DNA from: a virus
Reading direction: 5' to 3' (one strand)
Virus record (IMG/VR): IMGVR_UViG_3300045988_115487
Coordinates: 1 to 13,202 of that record
DNA length: 13,202 nucleotides
Below are positions 1-8,266 of this stretch, piece after piece (positions within the stretch are counted from its first letter, which is position 1; each line of letters starts with the position of its first letter). The notes beneath the pieces are model-generated. The model ran no database searches and was not told where the DNA came from. It worked only from the letters and a program-made list of their open reading frames with translations. The translations under genes were made by a program, and so were the position numbers.

Positions 1-73
1 AATACTCAAGTCCGTGGTGGACGGACAAATTTCTTCCCCACACGGACACATGTGTATGTCTATGACGGACACG
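1..73. repeat. Left inverted terminal repeat (73 bp), presumed replication origin/end
   Basis: Positions 1-73 are the exact reverse complement of 13130-13202; identity breaks at base 74 (a, versus c expected from 13129). Confidence 0.98.
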
Positions 74-101
74 AAAAAAGACCCCGGTCAAAACCGAGGT
101 C
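74..101 (-). terminator. Rho-independent terminator at the end of the leftward transcription unit
   Basis: Minus strand GACCTCGG-TTTTGA-CCGGGGTC-TTTTTT: 8-bp stem with one G.U pair, 6-nt loop and 6-U tract, downstream of the last ORF. Confidence 0.85.
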
Positions 102-115
102 AAACATTTGTTCGC

Positions 116-1441
116 TTACTGGAAAAGTGGGTCGAACACAAATTCACCAAAATCCACACATTCAATCTGGTTGATATCATATCTCAAATAGTTTCTTTTT
201 TCAGTATTAATTGCATGCATAATTAAATACACTTTTTTCTCTGAAATTTTGATAACCCCTTGTACAATCTTGAATAAATTCGCTTCCCCTGCTGTGCCAG
301 TTTCTTTTCCCCTAAGAATCACGCTACACGGTAAAGTACAGTCTGTTGCATTGAAATGGATTGCAGGACTGTCAATAGAACCCACTTCCAACGGAGTACC
401 GTCCAGTTTTAAGTTTGGAACATTTATCTCACTGAGTTTAAGCTCTAAACATCTCACTTTAGCAGTGCCATTAAAAATGGAATATCTGATTTTCGCACCG
501 CCTTTACCTGGAATATTGGTGGTCTTTGTAAAAGTTGTACCATACTCAATACTGTTAATCGGCTTAAAATAAAGTCCGTCAAACGCTCCAATCACCATAT
601 TTAGAATATTCTTATGACCCTGTTCGGACGGGTGTACACCGTCATTTGAAAAAGATGATTCATACAGCATACCCTGATACGCTGGTATAACACTAAATCC
701 CAATTGAGCGGCTGAATATATCCAGATTTTAATTGCTTTAATCACACTGATATACTTTGTTGATGTGTGAATCCCCTGTTGATGTCCTTCCCATGTCCAA
801 CCCATAGGACACACAACGACATTTTTACAGTTTTCAAAATTATTTGATATTGCGCTCTGGAAATCAATCATTCCCTGACTGATATCGTTCTCAGCAGCGT
901 TCCTGTCATTATAGCTTCCACCAATAATAATTTTGACAATATTTTTCTTGTCGTTCACCGTCATACTGCTAGCTAACTCGTTTAGCATATTGGTGAAAGT
1001 TTTTGTCCCGTCCGCTTTAAAACCGTAACCGCCAATAGCACACAGTTTTACAGTATATCCATTTTTTTCAAGAGCACTTTTAAGCATATACGCCCATGAA
1101 TATTCCTTATTAGATATATTTTCTCCAGCCGCATAACTGTCACCTAAAATAAGAATCGTAGGTTTATTAACTCTAGCCAGTGCTCCCTGTAATAAGGCAT
1201 CCGAAATTATTTCTGAAAGCTCACCACTCTCTTTCATTTCTTCTAGAATTCTTCTCACTTCACTATTAATTTCCAGTTTTGCAAAATAATCTGTTACAAA
1301 ATTTTTCAACTCTTCAAATCTATCCTGCAAATTAGAGAAATCGTCCTGCATCCTAAGCCATTCATCCGTCAACTTTTTTATTGTTTCTATAATCCATGTC
1401 AAGTTCATTTCATGGAAATTCGTATATGGAAATTTAAACAT
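116..1441 (-). CDS. Receptor-binding/tail appendage protein with SGNH/GDSL-type hydrolase domain
   Basis: 441 aa. N-terminus (FPYTNFHEMNLTWIIETIKKL) is typical of Firmicutes phage appendage proteins, followed by a coiled-coil-like stretch, then SGNH-like blocks ILILGDSYAAG, GGSYND and DGVHPSEQGH. SD AAGGAG upstream of the ATG. Confidence 0.8.
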   Translation of the reverse strand: MFKFPYTNFHEMNLTWIIETIKKLTDEWLRMQDDFSNLQDRFEELKNFVTDYFAKLEINSEVRRILEEMKESGELSEIISDALLQGALARVNKPTILILGDSYAAGENISNKEYSWAYMLKSALEKNGYTVKLCAIGGYGFKADGTKTFTNMLNELASSMTVNDKKNIVKIIIGGSYNDRNAAENDISQGMIDFQSAISNNFENCKNVVVCPMGWTWEGHQQGIHTSTKYISVIKAIKIWIYSAAQLGFSVIPAYQGMLYESSFSNDGVHPSEQGHKNILNMVIGAFDGLYFKPINSIEYGTTFTKTTNIPGKGGAKIRYSIFNGTAKVRCLELKLSEINVPNLKLDGTPLEVGSIDSPAIHFNATDCTLPCSVILRGKETGTAGEANLFKIVQGVIKISEKKVYLIMHAINTEKRNYLRYDINQIECVDFGEFVFDPLFQ

Positions 1442-1454
1442 TTTCTCACACTCC

Positions 1455-2096
1455 TTAATACACTAACAAGAAGAACTCTTCTTTAAACATTTCAGTAATT
1501 TTACTCAACGCACTCATAGATTTTTCAAGCTTGAAATCCAACACCTCAAGTTCCGACATTCCCGTAGACTTTGTTTCTTTTTCCGTTTCTGTCGTTTCAT
1601 TTTTAGAATTCTTTGCGTTGTTGTTTGTCTCATTGTAGCTTGCTTTTCCTCCATAAGTAATGGTTGTGCTTCCCCTATCCACAAGTGACGTTGAGTTAAA
1701 CCCTGCTACTTTTTCAGCTGTTGAATCCGACCCGCTCGTTCCACTATTACTTTCCTGTTTTAAATTTTCTTTATCTTCTGTTTCAGACTTTCCTTTTCTG
1801 TCTCTTGTAATCGTCTCTGTTTTTGCGCCCTCTGTTTTGGAAATGGCGAGTTCTATATCATAGATAATCGAGAACAGTCTTTCATTTACAGATGACCATG
1901 AATTTAGAGCTAGTGCCATTTCAGTAGGTGACGGTATCAAAACTTCTAATTCAGCACATTTTAACAGAACATAGTTTTGAATATTTTCCTTTCCAATATC
2001 ATTTACCATATTGACAGGTAGATGATTTATGAAATTATCTTTCAACAGATTCTCATTCCATGCTAGCAGACCCTGCAAGTAAAGTTCCCCCGGCAT
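1455..2096 (-). CDS. Candidate lower collar/head-tail connector protein
   Basis: The ORF track starts at 2114, but an AGGGGGG SD precedes the in-frame ATG at 2096 (MPGELYLQGLLAWNENLL, 213 aa). Directly follows the portal gene, the position of the phi29 lower collar gene. Ser/Thr/Glu/Lys-rich low-complexity middle. Assignment is mostly positional. Confidence 0.5.
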   Translation of the reverse strand: MPGELYLQGLLAWNENLLKDNFINHLPVNMVNDIGKENIQNYVLLKCAELEVLIPSPTEMALALNSWSSVNERLFSIIYDIELAISKTEGAKTETITRDRKGKSETEDKENLKQESNSGTSGSDSTAEKVAGFNSTSLVDRGSTTITYGGKASYNETNNNAKNSKNETTETEKETKSTGMSELEVLDFKLEKSMSALSKITEMFKEEFFLLVY

Positions 2097-2973
2097 TATT
2101 TTCACCCCCCTCATTATGACGCAATTTAACGTTTAGATTGAGATTAAACATTCTGTTTGTCTTTTCGACCCCTTCTTTCAATGTTTCAAGCCATAGTTCC
2201 ACTTTTGTGAAGCACTCAATATTGTTACTGTTTACCTCATCCACTATCATGCGTTCTTTCTTGTCACTTCTCGTGTTTGGTATGCCAACCTCATTGCAAA
2301 ACATTTCTTCCCATCGTCTTAACGTGTCCTGTAATTCAGGGGCGATAAAATTCTTTTTCAAGTCATTGTTAAAAAAATCTAACGGGATATTGCCATCTCC
2401 TATTTTCAGTTTTTCATCATAGAAAACTCCAAGTTCACCCCTCATTACATCGTCTAGAATTTTCTTCATTGATTCAGCCTGACTTTTTCCTCTCACAGCG
2501 AAAAGGAATGACAGCTTACTGTTCATGATATTCATTTCACATGATTCGGCGGTCATAGCCATATTATCTGCATAGTAATTTACGATATCGGAAATACCAC
2601 TATAATCCGGCTGTAATTTGATAAGAGAACACTGAGTGTTGATTTTAGGCTCTAAAATGCCAGTCAACAGAGGATTGACAATTATAGCGTGTGTGGGATT
2701 ATAATAGATGTTATATCCTCTCAATCCGCAATGCTGGCATATAACACCAAACTTATCTGTATTCACAACCGCCAGATATCCATTTAGAAACAGTGAATAC
2801 AGAAAGTAATTTTTATCCCACATTTCAGGCAACTCAAACTCAAATACAGACATAACTTTTTCAAGCAAATACTTTTTGAAAAACATAAACATTTGTGTGT
2901 TTTTCGTGTGAAGAGTTGACGGACTGTAAGACGAATTAAACAAGTTTACCATTTCGTAACTGTATGGCATCAT
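2053..2973 (-). CDS. Portal/upper collar connector protein (phi29 gp10-like)
   Basis: 306 aa; size and the pattern MWDKNYFLYSLFLNGYLAVV...GLRGYNIYYNPTHAIIVNP resemble phi29-type connector proteins. SD AAAGGGG upstream. Confidence 0.75.
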   Translation of the reverse strand: MMPYSYEMVNLFNSSYSPSTLHTKNTQMFMFFKKYLLEKVMSVFEFELPEMWDKNYFLYSLFLNGYLAVVNTDKFGVICQHCGLRGYNIYYNPTHAIIVNPLLTGILEPKINTQCSLIKLQPDYSGISDIVNYYADNMAMTAESCEMNIMNSKLSFLFAVRGKSQAESMKKILDDVMRGELGVFYDEKLKIGDGNIPLDFFNNDLKKNFIAPELQDTLRRWEEMFCNEVGIPNTRSDKKERMIVDEVNSNNIECFTKVELWLETLKEGVEKTNRMFNLNLNVKLRHNEGGENNAGGTLLAGSASME

Positions 2974-2974
2974 A

Positions 2975-3622
2975 TCACCCCTTTATAAATACAGAACTCC
3001 AATATTGAGCATACTCATAACGTTCTGGCTGATTCAGGCTTGCCGGTCTCAGATAGTTATACATGAATGCATTGGTCAGAGTTTTCAAGTCATGGTTTCC
3101 AGTTGCCCATTCACGCCAAGTCATATTGTAACTAGATGTAGCATACCATTCCGGTTCAATACCTCTATTGGCATCTCCCACACTCTCTTGATATTCGGCG
3201 AACAACACAGCGCACTGTTTTCCACCATCGTACCAGTCGTCATGCTTGCCGTATAATAAATCAAGCACTGAGAGTAGTTTTGTTCCGGGTGTCCACTGTA
3301 CAAGTCCTCTACCGGGTCCATCTGCAGTGGTTCCACCGCCAACCTCCAATAGTCCGGGATTCATGGTACTTTCTTTCTCCATGTTTCCAAGTAACGCCAT
3401 ACGCGCAGTAGCACTCCAACCTCTCTCTTTGAAATAATTGTTAATGTTTGCGGCATTTTGCATCATCTTATCACGGGGAAAATATCCCTGTACTGTGTCA
3501 GTAACAAGAACGTTCCAATTTCCAGATGGCAGGGGAATTTCACCGCCACCACCACCGGAACCGCCTTTTTTAAGTCCTATCAATAATGCCGAATTATTAT
3601 AAGGATATCTCAACGAACTCAT
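2975..3622 (-). CDS. Phage tail lysozyme (Phage_lysozyme2-like domain)
   Basis: 215 aa; WSATARMALLGNMEKESTMNPGLLEVGGG...GPGRGLVQWTPG is characteristic of tail lysozyme domains. Gly-rich N-terminal linker GGSGGGGGE. SD AAGGAGG upstream. Confidence 0.85.
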   Translation of the reverse strand: MSSLRYPYNNSALLIGLKKGGSGGGGGEIPLPSGNWNVLVTDTVQGYFPRDKMMQNAANINNYFKERGWSATARMALLGNMEKESTMNPGLLEVGGGTTADGPGRGLVQWTPGTKLLSVLDLLYGKHDDWYDGGKQCAVLFAEYQESVGDANRGIEPEWYATSSYNMTWREWATGNHDLKTLTNAFMYNYLRPASLNQPERYEYAQYWSSVFIKG

Positions 3623-5010
3623 GCGTAATAAAATCCTCCTTCCAAGTAATTTTTAATTGTGGTTATTTCTTCTGAATAGGCACCAATGATATTAACATTG
3701 CCATTTTCCACGATATAGAAACCGTTCCCCATTGATGAGGGCACACCATTCTTCATGTAAGGTCTACCGTTATCGGCGTTATCCTCATCTGTAATCTCAT
3801 AACAATCGGTTATAAGCTGAGTATTTACGAGCATTGATGCAACTGTGTCCGCCGATGAAAGTGCAGTAGCTTCTGCTTTAGTGAGTTGTAAACCTAAATT
3901 CAACAGTGATGAAGCAGATCCAATCCAGTTACCCGAAACAATACCGCCAACTGCCCCGACTGCTGACCCGATAGCACCCGGCAAGTCATTTTTAATATCA
4001 CCAATGGAAATAGAAAAACCAACTTTTCCGGGAACATTTGCTAACATGTATTTTTCAGTACCTTTTACGATGTATACATATGCGACCGCACCACCTGTTC
4101 TGCAATCTATATCACATTGTATTGTCAGCGTGTTCTCAATGATTTTCGAATAATTCAGTTCAATACTTCCAAATCCTTGTATGAACAACTTTCCCCGTCT
4201 ATACGGATAGCTGTTTAGGTATGAACCTCTCGTTCCTGCTTGCGGATGACTAGGAACATTTACAGTTGTTGATACACGATCAATAGCGTTTGATGATAGT
4301 CTAACTGCTATGGCGTCCACTTCCCACCACCCCAAACCGATTTTCGATTCTATGACTACTTCATCTTCCACAATATCGTAGGGAAACCATAATACAGATG
4401 TTATATATTGTGCAGGGTTGAAAACCATTTTTGCAATATCTTCACCTAAATCCGCTAAATCACCAGTGCCCATCCAAGTCATAGATGAAAATACACTTTC
4501 AGAAAATTTTACAAAACCTGCGTAATTAAATTTATAGTATTCACACATACCATTTTTACCTATAACCCCTACCACAAAAGTTCCTGATTTAATACTGTTA
4601 GCTTGTGGAAAAAGAGGTTGATTTGCCATAGTTGCGTTCCGTGTAGGGGCGCTGAATGACGGATATAAAGCGTCTGATATTCTACCATCAAAATTGGTAC
4701 TAGTTCTTATGATGTAATAACTCTTCTCGCCTATTTCATCTTTAAAACTTGCCATCACATCTACTTCCATATGGCACACCCACAACCCCGTACTGTATTC
4801 CCAATCATCCACGAAATAATATCGTTCAAATTCCGGAATATAGCAGTAATTGATTTTTTTCGGACTCCAGTCTTTCGCAAACTGAAATGTGATTGTAGGC
4901 TTTAAAATGGAGGAAGGGGCTCTTAAAGCCCCCTCATAATTTTTACCACCACTCGTGGGAATCCATGTAGAATTTTTCGCTTTACCGACATTAAAACATG
5001 TCACTATCAT
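3619..5010 (-). CDS. Tail knob/distal tube protein (phi29 gp9-like)
   Basis: 463 aa; pattern WSPKKINYCYIPEFERYYFVDDWEYSTGLWVCHMEVDVMASFKDEI...SYYIIRTS resembles the N-terminal region of phi29-type tail knob proteins; a hydrophobic Gly/Ala segment lies in the C-terminal half. SD AGGAGG 7 nt before the ATG. Confidence 0.75.
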   Translation of the reverse strand: MIVTCFNVGKAKNSTWIPTSGGKNYEGALRAPSSILKPTITFQFAKDWSPKKINYCYIPEFERYYFVDDWEYSTGLWVCHMEVDVMASFKDEIGEKSYYIIRTSTNFDGRISDALYPSFSAPTRNATMANQPLFPQANSIKSGTFVVGVIGKNGMCEYYKFNYAGFVKFSESVFSSMTWMGTGDLADLGEDIAKMVFNPAQYITSVLWFPYDIVEDEVVIESKIGLGWWEVDAIAVRLSSNAIDRVSTTVNVPSHPQAGTRGSYLNSYPYRRGKLFIQGFGSIELNYSKIIENTLTIQCDIDCRTGGAVAYVYIVKGTEKYMLANVPGKVGFSISIGDIKNDLPGAIGSAVGAVGGIVSGNWIGSASSLLNLGLQLTKAEATALSSADTVASMLVNTQLITDCYEITDEDNADNGRPYMKNGVPSSMGNGFYIVENGNVNIIGAYSEEITTIKNYLEGGFYYA

Positions 5011-5025
5011 ACATGTGCCTCCTAA

Positions 5026-6222
5026 CTAATCGAGTAAGAAAACTACACCGTTTTCCGTGAAGTCATTGTAATATCTGTCATTGAAATGCCAGAAAATGTT
5101 ACTGTATCCGCCTCTTGCATTAAACGGTGATGGCGCTGACCATTCACCATAAGTTGTGATACCGACAGCTTCCTCATCGAATAATACTCCAAAAATATTG
5201 GAAGTAACTTCCCCCTCAGTATCAGAAACGACATTTCCGTCGGAGTTCATGTACGATGCTTTTACGTTGATTCCATCTGAACTGTCAATATTCTGCCAAA
5301 ATCCCACTTTTTCATGGTCTGCCATTTTAAGATAGCTGTCGTTAAAGATAGAGGACATAACAGTAGTGTCAATATTGTTCAGTTCTTCTGAATACAGATA
5401 CAATTTCTGCTTGTTGTATGGCGTATGCCTAGAAATCTCTTTTCCCGTCACATTAATGTGGAATTTTTGTGTCCTCTCAGTCATCCAATCGGATACTGTC
5501 TTAATATACCCTGTTGCCCATTTCATAAACGGCACAAAATTCTCTGGTTGTTTTACCGTTTCAGTAGTCAGCGTGGTTCCTGCCACATCATTGTATTTTG
5601 CCACAAGATGGATAACGTTGTCGGGGTCACCTTTTACTTTACCACCGATGAAGTTCACAAGCGTCATTCTTGCTGTTGCTTCATGCGCCTGTTCGATCAG
5701 ATCAGATGCATTTGTCATAACCATAGTGACGAACCTTTGAAATTCCTGTTCATTCTGCAGAGCAACGTTTAACTGGTCTCTAAACAGTGTAATATGTCTC
5801 TGATATACGTTTTGTCCGTAAAAATTTGTTTGAAGCACTTTCGGAATGGCAACCACCTGGTCGTCCACACTCGCACCGTTTTTCAAATCATATCTGTCAT
5901 CTTTTTCCCAATCAGAATCTGCGATGTTAAGTTTTCGCACGTGGTTTCCGAATCTCATATTATCCTGATACAAACCCTTGAACTTTCTGGAATACGGTCT
6001 GATAGAAAAAATGGTTCTGCTGAGCACCTGAGAAATCGCACCTAATAGTGGGTCAATTCCTAATCCGAGTGCAGTGGTGGCAACCGAAGTGAAATCACTG
6101 GTCGCAATTGCACTAATTGTGTTTCTACCTGTTGCCTGATTTACAATTTCATTTAAAACAGCTGCTGAATTAAAATTGTCTACATTAGGAGAATCTAACG
6201 ATAATTTAGTAACTGAACCCAT
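5026..6222 (-). CDS. Major capsid protein
   Basis: 398 aa, in the structural cluster, size and composition fit podovirus major head proteins. SD AAGGAG upstream. Confidence 0.75.
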   Translation of the reverse strand: MGSVTKLSLDSPNVDNFNSAAVLNEIVNQATGRNTISAIATSDFTSVATTALGLGIDPLLGAISQVLSRTIFSIRPYSRKFKGLYQDNMRFGNHVRKLNIADSDWEKDDRYDLKNGASVDDQVVAIPKVLQTNFYGQNVYQRHITLFRDQLNVALQNEQEFQRFVTMVMTNASDLIEQAHEATARMTLVNFIGGKVKGDPDNVIHLVAKYNDVAGTTLTTETVKQPENFVPFMKWATGYIKTVSDWMTERTQKFHINVTGKEISRHTPYNKQKLYLYSEELNNIDTTVMSSIFNDSYLKMADHEKVGFWQNIDSSDGINVKASYMNSDGNVVSDTEGEVTSNIFGVLFDEEAVGITTYGEWSAPSPFNARGGYSNIFWHFNDRYYNDFTENGVVFLLD

Positions 6223-6226
6223 GATA

Positions 6227-6589
6227 TCACTCCTTTACTGGCGGGTTAATAATTGATGCTAACATATCTCCTGTTGTTGGTGGTTCTGGAATCTGAGAAT
6301 TACTCAGGTTTCCAACCTGAATCAGTCTTGTAATCTCATCTAACCGGTTGTCCAGAACGCCCATACGCTGATTAAACATATCCTGAGTATTATTCTGAAT
6401 CGGAACCTGTACCGGAACTGGTGCCGGTGCTGGTGCCTGTGCCGGTGTTGGTGTCTGAATCTGAGCCGGTGCAGGTGCTGGCATCGTAGTGACCTGATAA
6501 TTCTGTGATGCCACTACTCCTGCAAGTTTGATAATATCATCTTTTGTGAATCCTGCACCAGACAGTGCAATGATATCTTCGATTTTCAT
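6227..6589 (-). CDS. Pro/Ala/Gln-rich small protein, possible scaffold or head accessory protein
   Basis: 120 aa immediately upstream of the capsid gene; low-complexity APAPAQIQTPTPAQAPAPAPVPVQVPIQ between two short predicted helices. Confidence 0.5.
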   Translation of the reverse strand: MKIEDIIALSGAGFTKDDIIKLAGVVASQNYQVTTMPAPAPAQIQTPTPAQAPAPAPVPVQVPIQNNTQDMFNQRMGVLDNRLDEITRLIQVGNLSNSQIPEPPTTGDMLASIINPPVKE

Positions 6590-6595
6590 GTGTTA

Positions 6596-6898
6596 TCATT
6601 CCTTTCTTGTTAAATATTTTTTATTACAAAAACCTGCATAAATCTTTCCGCTGTCTGAGTATTCGCAAAGATACCATTCCATAGTAGCATCTGTGAACCC
6701 GTAACAAAAAACAGTACGTCCTTTTTGCATCTCTACAATGATATTTGCGTTTGTATCTGGCTTATCACGCAACAACAGAGGGGAACTCTTTGTGCTTATC
6801 TTGTATTCACCATATACGTCACAGTCTGGTATAATGTCAATCATTCCGTACTGTTCTTCAATATCAGGGTCTAGTAGAATTTTTGCGCCTAATGGCAT
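6596..6898 (-). CDS. SH3-like domain protein, possible cell-wall-binding lysis component
   Basis: YKISTKSSPLLLRDKPDTNANIIVEMQKGRTVFCYGFTDATMEWYLCEY...GKIYAGFCNKKYL has the bacterial SH3 pattern. The track start at 6907 is GTG; the ATG at 6898 has GAAGGAG 8 nt upstream. Confidence 0.65.
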   Translation of the reverse strand: MPLGAKILLDPDIEEQYGMIDIIPDCDVYGEYKISTKSSPLLLRDKPDTNANIIVEMQKGRTVFCYGFTDATMEWYLCEYSDSGKIYAGFCNKKYLTRKE

Positions 6899-6903
6899 CT
6901 GTA

Positions 6904-7098
6904 TCACTCCTTCACGTCCAGTTTATCGGCAAGTTTCTGAATTGCCATTGTATTGTTGTTCAGAACCTCTGTGAGGTTGTGTATCTCTTCTTTGTGGTTT
7001 TCAGTCTCTCTGTACCATAAATAAAAGGTTACTGCAAGGCAAGCTACAGGTACACCCAAAGAGCTAAATAACTGACTTACTGCCTGAATCCATTCCAT
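6904..7098 (-). CDS. BhlA/UviB-like holin
   Basis: The ATG at 7098 (MEWIQAVSQLFSSLGVPVACLAVTFYLWYRETENHKEEIHNL..., 64 aa) has a strong AGGGGGGAG SD 7 nt upstream. One N-terminal TM segment followed by a charged amphipathic helix. The track ORF (start 7146) is likely over-extended. Confidence 0.75.
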   Translation of the reverse strand: MEWIQAVSQLFSSLGVPVACLAVTFYLWYRETENHKEEIHNLTEVLNNNTMAIQKLADKLDVKE

Positions 7099-7103
7099 AT
7101 TGT

Positions 7104-7195
7104 CACTCCCCCCTCTTTTGAATTGAGGGGAAGTGCTGTGAGCCAACCAAACTCATGTACACGGGTTCCGCCCGTTGGTTTTGTACCACTCCCCC
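7104..7195 (-). promoter_or_regulatory. Candidate RNA switch controlling holin translation
   Basis: Minus-strand CACUUCCCC (7127-7135) can pair either with upstream GGGGGAGUG (7187-7195, 9 bp with one G.U) or with the holin SD region (GAGGGGGGAGUG, within 7104-7115). Confidence 0.5.
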
Positions 7196-7210
7196 TACAA
7201 CGATAGAGTA

Positions 7211-8266
7211 TCACATCTTGAAATAATTGTCAAGTAAATATTTTGATTCAATATCAGAAAAACTTACTAACCCGTCAAGGTACATCCCCCAGACCCATAT
7301 GAACTTGTGTCGGAAAGCGATTAAATCTCTTGTTGATGTGGAATAAGTAATTTGTGGCGAACCCTGTAAGTGTTGTGTGATATACAATTTTTCCTTGCTT
7401 TTATGGGTGTATACGGTTATTTCACCGACTGTCACAATGGGGACGTACTCGTTTATTGGCTCTGATTTGATATCCGAATAATCCTCTGCATAAAAATCAT
7501 TCTGGATTGACATCTTGTAAAAATCGCTGTCTTTGCCAACCATTTTGTATACCGCTGTCTCAGATTTTGCCTGTGAAATCGGGGAGTTGGCAAGATTGAT
7601 AAGGATAATACCTCTATCAGGCAGATAGCTGAATTCCTGCCCTGTTTTATGCATATCAGTGACTTTACGGATTAATCCTAGTTTTGCAAATATATCACAG
7701 TTTGCGTTTTCGCTATTTGACGCACATATGAGCTGTAAAGGTTTTTCCCCCACAAGCTCTCGATTTCGGTTTATGGTTTCATATCCATTTAATAGCGCAA
7801 TCGTGGCGTTTTTCAACTGAGGCTCCGTCTTTTCTGGAATAAATTCATCGTAAAACATCAACTCAACGTCTGCCGCTCCGAAACCTCTTAAATTGGATAT
7901 CGTGCCAAGTGCCGCGGAATAGCCAAGTGGTTCCCCTGAGTTTGTATATTTTTTTGTTTTCTCATCAAATTTTGTATCATAAAAACCTGAGTACATTTTG
8001 TTAATTGGTGACGGTGTAATGCGTCTACCGCAGTCCGCGTTATATTGCTTAAATGGGTTGAATTGTGGTGTGCGAATCATATCTATTTGAGTTTGGCGAG
8101 TTCGTAGGTAAATAAATTTTTTATTATTTTCCACGGCGTGTTTCAAAATACCGTATGTTTTTCCTGTTCCTCTGCCACCCCATATAAAGATGAAAGGACA
8201 CCCTGTTTCCAAGATGCCCTTTATATTCACATAACCGTTACTGTCGTACATTTCAGGTTTTTTCAT
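7211..8266 (-). CDS. DNA packaging ATPase (phi29 gp16-like)
   Basis: 351 aa; Walker A GGRGTGKTYG, Walker B-like VELMFYDEF, and a Q/N-rich switch region ICASNSEN. Confidence 0.88.
   Translation of the reverse strand: MKKPEMYDSNGYVNIKGILETGCPFIFIWGGRGTGKTYGILKHAVENNKKFIYLRTRQTQIDMIRTPQFNPFKQYNADCGRRITPSPINKMYSGFYDTKFDEKTKKYTNSGEPLGYSAALGTISNLRGFGAADVELMFYDEFIPEKTEPQLKNATIALLNGYETINRNRELVGEKPLQLICASNSENANCDIFAKLGLIRKVTDMHKTGQEFSYLPDRGIILINLANSPISQAKSETAVYKMVGKDSDFYKMSIQNDFYAEDYSDIKSEPINEYVPIVTVGEITVYTHKSKEKLYITQHLQGSPQITYSTSTRDLIAFRHKFIWVWGMYLDGLVSFSDIESKYLLDNYFKM

Noticed and set aside
14-226. Plus-strand 70-aa ORF starting inside the left ITR
   Set aside because: Its start lies in the terminal repeat, it crosses the terminator and runs antisense to the RBP gene, and the product shows no protein-like family pattern.
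249-572. Plus-strand 107-aa ORF
   Set aside because: Fully antisense to the well-supported SGNH/RBP gene and lacks a convincing SD or domain.
1455-2114. Collar-gene start at 2114 (MRGVKIM...)
   Set aside because: The first codons are the SD itself (AUGAGGGGGGUGAAAAUAAUG), so the ATG at 2096 is preferred.
3845-4153. Plus-strand 102-aa ORF
   Set aside because: Antisense to the tail knob gene; no recognised motif; composition mirrors the opposite coding strand.
5366-5772. Overlapping plus-strand ORFs of 124 and 115 aa
   Set aside because: Antisense shadow ORFs within the major capsid gene.
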